Positions 19,301-28,300 of a DNA stretch of 64,000 nt are shown in pieces (position 1 is the first letter of the stretch; each line of letters opens with the position of its first letter). The DNA is from a virus. The stretch lies in the IMG/VR virus record IMGVR_UViG_3300042924_004713, positions 102,409-166,408 of that record. The stretch is one strand, 5' to 3'. The translations under genes and the position numbers were made by a program. The notes beneath the pieces are model-generated. The model saw only the letters and a list, made by a program, of their open reading frames with translations, was not told the origin of the DNA and ran no database searches.

Positions 19301-22300
19301 TGTTGCTGGCAGCATCACTGGGCGAATTTTCAACATCTGTAAGTATTGGACTGATGTATTCTTGCAAACTTGCATTGTAGTAAGCAGGGATATCAAAGTC
19401 GGCTATATCACCATTGAACAGATCTTGTCCAGCATACTTTAGGTTAAATTCTCTAATCTGTACATGATAAGGCTTGACCTCAGACAGGTAGTCTAGCACA
19501 AAGTCTTGGTTATCTCGTCTGTAGGTTTGATATGGCAACAGTTCACGAATGTTGTGTTGCACATCAATCAGACTGGTTTTCATCAACCAGTCCGGTGTTA
19601 ACTGCTCGGTCAAGATGTAGTTAAACATTAGAATCAGCAGATTGTTTCTTTCAATCAACAATTCATCAATGAAAAGTTCTTGATTGATACCTTGAATAAT
19701 TTTGCGTGTTTCGGCTTGAGGTGCTTGATCAAAGTATTGAGCATCAAACACTTCACCGTCAAAGCCTAATCTACCCAATTGATAATCATAGATGGCAGGT
19801 GATATTTTGATAGTACCATCCTGCAGACCCACACGATTCCATCCTGAATCCAACAGCTGATATACTTCAAACTTGCCCTGGCTATTAGCAGTGACCAATG
19901 CCACTGTGCCCACTGCTACCTGTTGTGCTATCAATGCAGCATATGATGGGACTTCAATTGCAGGAGTTGTGTCTGGATTGAACCCAGGCGCATACCAGTT
20001 GATATAATCCCAGTATTCATTGGTACGATAATTTTGTACTCTGATCAGTCGCAGACTGTAGATGTTGTTTTCAAATATGGTTTCATAGATGGTCCATCTA
20101 CCATTGTTGTTGCTGTCGCTGAGCACAAGATACCTGTAGCCCACTGGTACAATAAGAATATTTTGCCAGCTGAGTTCTTCAAGGTTAGCAACTTCTTGAT
20201 TCCAATTCGTAACTAGAATATTGCCCACTGTGGTCTGTTGCAATGGCACAGGCTCTTCGCTGTTGAGCAAGGTCAAGTTACGACTTTCTGCAATAGGATA
20301 CAGTGCCAACACACTATTGGTTCTGTCAATGTAGTTTTGCAGCGCACGGAATCTATCCACGAACATGCTTTGGCGTGGACGGAATTGAACACCATATTTC
20401 TCTGCCACGGTCAAACTAGGATCTGGCACGGAGAGACCACTTTGATCTTCACCAGCAAAGCTATCCTGTAGTTTGCGATACAGCGGTGGAGTTAAGAACG
20501 CATCTGCTTTGCCCTGGGCCAGCAGCTGGAACTCAGTGTGGATATTATCAGTATTGGGAGTTTGATCAAATTCAATATGAATGATAGTGTCAAACGCCTT
20601 GATATAACTGCTACAGTTGTACAAGGCCACAGTGCTAGAGTTCAGTGGTGCCATGAATGGAATACCACTGGCAATTGGATTGGCCAAATATTGCGCGATT
20701 GCCACTGTGCTTAGAGTTTTATTACCTGTGGTTGGTAATGTGTCTATGCCTCTGACCCAGAAATAATAATTTGACACAAACACATTGTTTTGTGTTAGTG
20801 CGGTTGTTACTGTGTAGTCAATAAAGTTCAAGGGCGTACCAGGACCAGTGTAGTTGGCTGGTGGTACTGTGCTTTCTACCCACTGATAGATATCAACACG
20901 ACTGCCAGGAAATATCTGTCCCCACTTACGACTTGCATACGCAAGCTCATCTTGAGTGACGTCAAGATATCTGACACTGCTGGTATCCCACCAGATTTGC
21001 CCCACATGATTTTTGCCCCAACTATTGCCCTGCACACTGGTAAGTCCAGTGTTGTAGAAAGCCGGATCGTTTGTTGAAACATAATCAATATTTTGTCTTG
21101 CGGCGCCTAGGACTTTGCCCTGTTGCGGATTGAAGAAGTCAAGAAACTGTGTTCTAGGACTTTGTAATCTATCATACAGCAGTGCATTGTTGATACTATA
21201 GATATCAACAGCAGGCACTTGTTCACGTTTGGCTACCCAGCTAGGAGTTCGATCAGCATTGATAAATGCTGACATCGCACCATTGTTTGTAGTGGTACTT
21301 ACTGTGGCGTTTGGTGATCCTACTAGAGTATATGCCCAGGCCTGACTCACGCTTTCTCCAAATCGTTCAGCTGTGGTACTTTCAGGCGAATACAGTTGTT
21401 GGCCAAAGTTAAACAGTCCTGGATTCAACGAAGAAGGATTTACTGATGGCAAGTAGTCAAATTCATACACCACACCAGATTGATGTAGATCAGTATAAAA
21501 AGTGGTGCTTCCCGAATCAAAGAAAGTGGTGCCATTGTCAAAAGTAACGTTCAAATGCGCTGTACCACCAGGAGCACCTATTATCACGTCTTCTTGTGCT
21601 GATGTTAGTGACCATCCAAAGTTAGCACCATCGGTGGGATAAGGACTGCTTAAAGTTTGACTAAACTCAAAGCTGTTGAATCCTAGGTCACCATATGCTG
21701 TGCCAATGGCACCTGGTAACACAGACAATCTGTTGTAAGGTGTTGTAGCAGCCTCGTTAATTACGTCAATCACCAACAGACCACTAGATGTTACTGCCGC
21801 AGTTACATTGGGTATACCACTGTTGACAATAGCATTGGCTAGTCCTGCAACTGTGTTGTTTGGTGCCGCAGGTACAGCGATTTCTTGATAGTTTATCTGT
21901 AGAGTATGGCCAGCAGTCAACACAGGGTTTGCCACGGTGCTGGTTATTGTGCCATAGGTTAAAGGTTGATTCACAAACATCTTTACCGAACCAGCCTGTG
22001 GTACTTGGCTTGCTTGGCTATCATAAGGACTGCCAACTGCTAGTTGACTATCACTCAACACAAACTGCACACTATGACCAAATTCTGCACGTTCTTGTGG
22101 AATGTCGCTTTCAAGTTTGTGTACAGGTCTAAAGAAGTTTGCTTCAATTTCAACAACATCACCAATATTCAACGGTTGATTAACGGTCACACTAATTGGA
22201 GCTTCAGGACTCACTGAATAGTTCACGGTATAGGTATTGTTTCTTAGTGTGCCATACTGTGCAGTGTTATTAAGGAATTCACCGTTGACCTTAACCGACA

Positions 22301-25300
22301 CCGGCAGAGTCAATGGAGCTGCTGTGGTAAAGGTTGTAGGTGCTGTGGTAGCTGTGGTAATAATACGACTTTCTACATCTCGGTTAAAGTAATATACAGA
22401 ACCAGCTCTAAACGTCCCGTTGATATTTTCGTTAGGACATCCAATGGCCAGTTGTCTGCCATCATGACTTGTCGCAACTGAAGCACCAAATTTAGCGTCT
22501 GATGCCAGCCCTGGTCTAGTTAGAACTTGGCATAGTTGATAGTATGTTGGAGCATACGCCATTATGGTAGCACCAATAGCAGGTGAGTTTACAAATACCA
22601 AATCATAATCATTTAGTGTGCTGTCAGGCAATGAGCTATCGCTCTTAAGCCATTCGTAATCAATCTTAGGACGTTGAACAGTGCCATTGACTTCTACTCG
22701 TACTGAATTGATATTTGTGGCAGTAAACAATGATTCTCTAACTGCAAATCGATCAGTGACTGACAGGCGTCCTCCTGACACTGTGTAGTCTAAAATAGCA
22801 CCAGCAAAGCTAACATCAGTTACAGTGATAACACAGTCTTCAGCAGGACTTGAGCCACCAATTTGAGTGCCTTTAATGGTCAACACTTCACCAATACTGT
22901 AGTTTGTGCCAGCGTTTAATAGATCAACAGAATAAAGACCACGCACAACTTCAACGTCCCACAAAGCACTAGTGCCAAGACCAGTTGTGGTGCTGGCAGT
23001 GATATTATAATATTCCTGGAAATCCAACTGCACTGACTGACGTCTTGATATTACCACAGTTTGATTTTTACTTGGTGCTGTAAAGAACTCAATAAAACTA
23101 CCAGTAGCAGAATAATCAATATTCAGTCTTTGAGGTAATCCAGATACCACCACTTCAAGTTGTTGTACATTATCATACTGTATGGTAACAGTAGAGAATC
23201 TACGTGTGGTACCAGTGGTAGGATATGATATAGACTGCGTGGGCACTGGCACTTGACCATATGCATACACTCGGTTCAACTCAGGTGCGCCAACATACAA
23301 CCAACGTTCATCGCCACTCATGGCCAGACTGCTACCAAATTTTGCAGGACCAGGCTGATCTAGTCCCAATAACAATTGGCTTACAGTGAAAGCCTCAAAG
23401 TCGCCGTTGTAATTAATGATTGCGGTATAACCAACGTCTGACAGACTATTAGGAGCACCCACTGCACCCCAAAGATTGTTGCCCACAGTCATTGTTGCAC
23501 CAAAATTACTGACTTGGGCTGCATTCAGGCTGATTGAACCACCATCTTGTAATGTGCCGGCAGGATTTACTCCATATTGGAACACAATGCCAGTGCTGGC
23601 TCCGGGAGCTGATGCCAACATCAGTGTGTTGTTTTCGGTCTGTGCCACAGCACTAGCCCAATAACTGTTCACTGACCGCAAAGGCTCAAGACGTTGATTG
23701 TAAACAAACGGTTCAGTTCTTTCTAATACTTGCCATCTATCAAAACCATTGTTGTCAACCCAAACTAGGCTCTTAGCTGTGACATTGTTGATATATGGTA
23801 AATTGGCAATATCGCTGGGCTGGTCTACTCTAATAGTTTCTAAAACTAGACATACACCTTGTCCTAATAATTCAATCTGATCGTTTGGAATCGCGAACTC
23901 AATCACAATTGATGTCAATGAAGGTACTTCAAGCACACGATAAGCACCGTTGACGTCGGTTGAGAAAGATTTAATTACTATAATGTCATTTACAGACAAG
24001 TTGTGTTGCTGACTGAATCCGGCTAAAGATGTGCCATTGAAATTGTCTGTGATACTTTGAATGTTACCTGGAACTGCTGAACATCTGTAAACATTCCAAT
24101 CATGACTGTTGACCTTGGCAATCCACACTGTGGTACCTACTCCAACACTGTCTATGTTAGCATTGATATTTGTAGGATCAATGATTTCAAATTCTGTGAT
24201 ATCAACATCATCAAGATTTACATAACCAGCAGTAGGTAGATCCAAATCTCGCCTTGGTGTCACTGCCACAGGCAATATTTCTGGGGAAGTAACGTTCCAA
24301 CTGCTGCGCCATAGATCACCAATCTGCACAGTTTGATCTGCAAAAGACTGTTCAAAAGGCACTATCACCTGTACCGTGCTTGGATTTGAAGTTAGCAGTG
24401 CTTGATTTATTCTTATGTCAAAGAATCTACGATTAGCCTGCGCTCCATAGATTCCTTTGAGAACTGCCCAGTTTTCAAATATACTGTAGTCAGCAACTTC
24501 TTTGTCAAAACTTGCAGTGCCAAACAAGTCCACACTGAACTTTGTACCTTTGGTACTCAAGAACTGTTTGTACACGTTCACTTGACTTACATCATCAAGA
24601 TTTAGATTGGCCATGTACTCTCTGGGTCTAAAACCAATCAGACCGTAGGCCAATAGATCCTGATCACGTTCAAGGTTGGCTCCCACCGTGTTATAGGTCT
24701 GCTGAATCAAATCTGCTTTGTTGGCAAGATTAGGCAATAGACCTTTTTTGATTTGATTATAATCGCTTAGGGTCCAGTCAACATAGTCAAATTCTTGTTT
24801 GGGCTGTACAATAGTCAGCGCACTGTAGTACTGATTCTTAAACTTTACAATTTGACCCTTGGTATAGGTTACGTTTGGTTGCCAATCAACAATGTTGTCT
24901 TGATTTAGAATGAAACCACGTGCATCCAACTGACCATTCCAGTCAGTGCTGGTGCCTGCTATTAGTTGCATGCGTCCCTGACGTGCAGCAGTGATTGGGT
25001 CATATATCAAGTCACCAAACACGCTGGCATTTTTAAACACCATGATATGTTCATATGCAGTGAATCTTAGATCAGCATAGTTGATGGTTTGCTCTGTTAA
25101 TGATGTGATCTTGAAATCGTTATCAATACGTTCAACAATTAGATCGTTGATAAGAATCTTGCGTTTGTTTTGATCTTGTATGCTGGTTGTAGTATCTCGT
25201 TCTATGATACTGTCAACAATTGCCCCGGGCCTACTGACCATGAGCGAAGTGCTAGCAGGATTTAAGTTGATAACACTACCTGGTCCCCAGCCTTGTCCAC

Positions 25301-28300
25301 TCCAATACAGAAATTCCTGCGCCATCTGACGCCAGTTCAAGGTCAAACCATTTTCCACACTGTCAAAGATCATGCCTTGAGATTCTAACAGTGCACCGTA
25401 GCTGAACAAGAAGTCACATACAGCATTGTCATTGCTAAAGGTATAGCCATAAGGAATCTGTGTTACGATGTCACTGTAGGTAGTGGGTACTGCAACGGTT
25501 TTTCCGCCTGCTGACAGAGTAATTTTTGGTCCAGCTACCTTGCTTACTAGAATCTCAAAGTAGGGATTCACAACATCGTAACCAAAAACTTGATATCCAT
25601 CCTCAACTCTTTGAATCATTACACTGCTGTAATTCACAGCGGCAAATGGTACATTTTTGTACAAGAACAGTTCGTAACTTTCATCAGGCAGTAGCAAACT
25701 GGTGTTTAGACTGTTAGGACTGGGCTTTTCAAGAAACACCTTGATGTAGGCTTTGTCACTGAATGATGCCATGCGATATGCTAATTGTACATCAATGTTG
25801 TCAAGGTTAGCTGCCAAGGCAGTGGCTGTGTTGCTGTTACCTAGATGTGTGTTGTAATCCACAATCCAGTTGATGTAACTGGCCTTGCTGATGCCATCGC
25901 CATATATTTCAAGATTGCTAGGACTTAATCTGCTACGGTCTTGATATAGGTATTGTCCAAGATCAAGATTGAACTTGTATAGATCTCTATCAACAAACAA
26001 AGAGAAAAATTCAGCAGGACGAGTTAGCGCCAGCAAACGCATGATAGCAAAAGGATAGCTGCTGCTGGTACGCCATACGTATTCAACTGGTCCAACGTCG
26101 CCCATGCGCCAACTGCGTTGGAAAGTCTGTTTATCATACAAGCCAACCACAGAATCTAGTGGTGGTAACAGATTACCCTGTGCATCAACTGGAAGAACAT
26201 CTAACAGTCCTGGGCGCACATATTTGGGTATCACATAGAAACCATTTGGATCAGCAACCAGACCCTGCGACAGATCTTCCCATAACACCAAGTTTTCACT
26301 GGTGTAAGGAGCTGCACCATATCTGCTTTCCCACCAACTAGGTTGTTCGCTGAATCCCAACATCTCCCATGGGGCTTGATGTGGCCTGATTGTATCATAA
26401 AAATATAGGTACAATCCGCGCCATGCACCAACAGGTAGGGCTTGATTGTTTAATCTGTTTTGGCTGCGACTGTAGTTGTAACTAAAATCGTTGTTGACAT
26501 CATAGGCCTGAATAGTATAATCAATCTTGTTGGTGCCTACCCATGTCAAAAAGTCTACACTAAGGATGTCATTTACTTCGGTTAATGACCAATCTGTGGT
26601 TCTAAATTGACCTGGTACTATGTCATTTTCACGAATAGGAATCGCCGAGCGAATTTTTAAATTGTTGTAGATTCGTGTTTCAAAATCCAATAAAACTTGG
26701 TCGCGAATGTCGTCAAAGGCCACAGTGATACTGCCATCATGCCCAACAATCACAGGTGTAGGTTGTGAATAGGTTGTATCAACAAAGATTCTAGGTTGGT
26801 ATGCAGGATACAGTCCCATTTTAGTTGGGGTGTTGGGCACAAAGTTACCTACTGTGCTAGCATATTCTTGAATTTCAATGGTATCGCCTACCTGTAGAGG
26901 GTAGGTAATTGTGACCTGAGGTGTGTCCGCGCTAACTGTGTAATCTTTGTTAATGGTCAATAGATGTCCATTAACGTATACTAACAGAGCCAGATAGTTG
27001 CTCTGCGTGAAGTCATACACTCTCAAGGTGTTAAAAGTGGTTTGACTGATTGGTGTAAAGGTATAGGTGTTAGAGTCATATACCGAACGCGATGGCAGCA
27101 TATCGCTCCAGTAAAACGGATTTTGCTGTGTGCGTCCAAGATTGATATCGTTAACTGCGGCCACCAAGATTTCTGGAGCAGTGGCGTCGCCCCAATCTCG
27201 TGATGCAACTATGTCTAATAGTTGAGTTTTAAACTTGATGTATTCTGCGCTGTTCCATTGTAGTGCTCTAAAGAAATCATAGTTTGGATCTCGCATGAAG
27301 TAACCAGCCATGGTCAATGGCGCACTTTGCTGCAAGATATTCAAACCATAACGAGCAATGTAACCAAGATCGCGACTGTTGTTTGAGCCGTTGATACTGC
27401 CCTGTAGGTCAATTAGATTTTCGCAGATACTTTCATAGTGACTGCGCATGGTACCAAGAGTTACTTGGCTGACTTCTGCATTGTTAGCGTTGTTCTGTAA
27501 ATTGATTGGTACTTGGAAAAACGCATTGTTACTGATCTGATCACTCAATACCAACACAATGATTTTTTCACCCACAGGGATGTTGTCATTAAGATTGATT
27601 GTGGTTGTGTTGCTGGTAGTGGTGTACGAATAAGTTCCTGGATCCTGGAACTGTGAACCAATATAGATCTTGATCACAGGATAAGGATTAGGCAATGCAG
27701 AATTAAGTACTACCTCATTGACTTTGACATCAAGTAATAATGGTTGTGACTGATATGTGAATTCAAACTGTTGATATGTTTCACTTGGATAAGGTGCAGT
27801 GGCCCAACCAATTTGATCAGTAAAATCGGTGCGAGAGGTGTAACGACGTGCAAAACCAATGCCCACAGACTCGGTGATACTTTGACGGTCTCTTACATAA
27901 GAAAATGTATCAGTGTAATAGTTATTGATGAAAACAATATCACCAACGTTGTTAATGGTCACATACTGCACAGGAAAGCCCAGCACTGAATCATTAGCAC
28001 CGCTGCCAATTCCATAGGAGAAAAGCTTGGTTCCGTTAAACGTGCTACTTCCATAACGTTCTAGATTGCCAATACTTACATCGTCAACAAAAATATCAAA
28101 CTGTGGTGGATTGTTTACGCTGACTTTTTGTTGGCTTAGAATCCATTGTGCACCATCAAAGGTAAAACTTTGGCCTTTTCTTCCAACCCCGTTTAAACAT
28201 ACCACAACATCGTTGGGTAAAATAGCGCCATCTGAATCAGGAACCAGATTAATAATAGGCTGCTTGATCACAGGTGCCACTGTGTCTGGCGTAATTAATT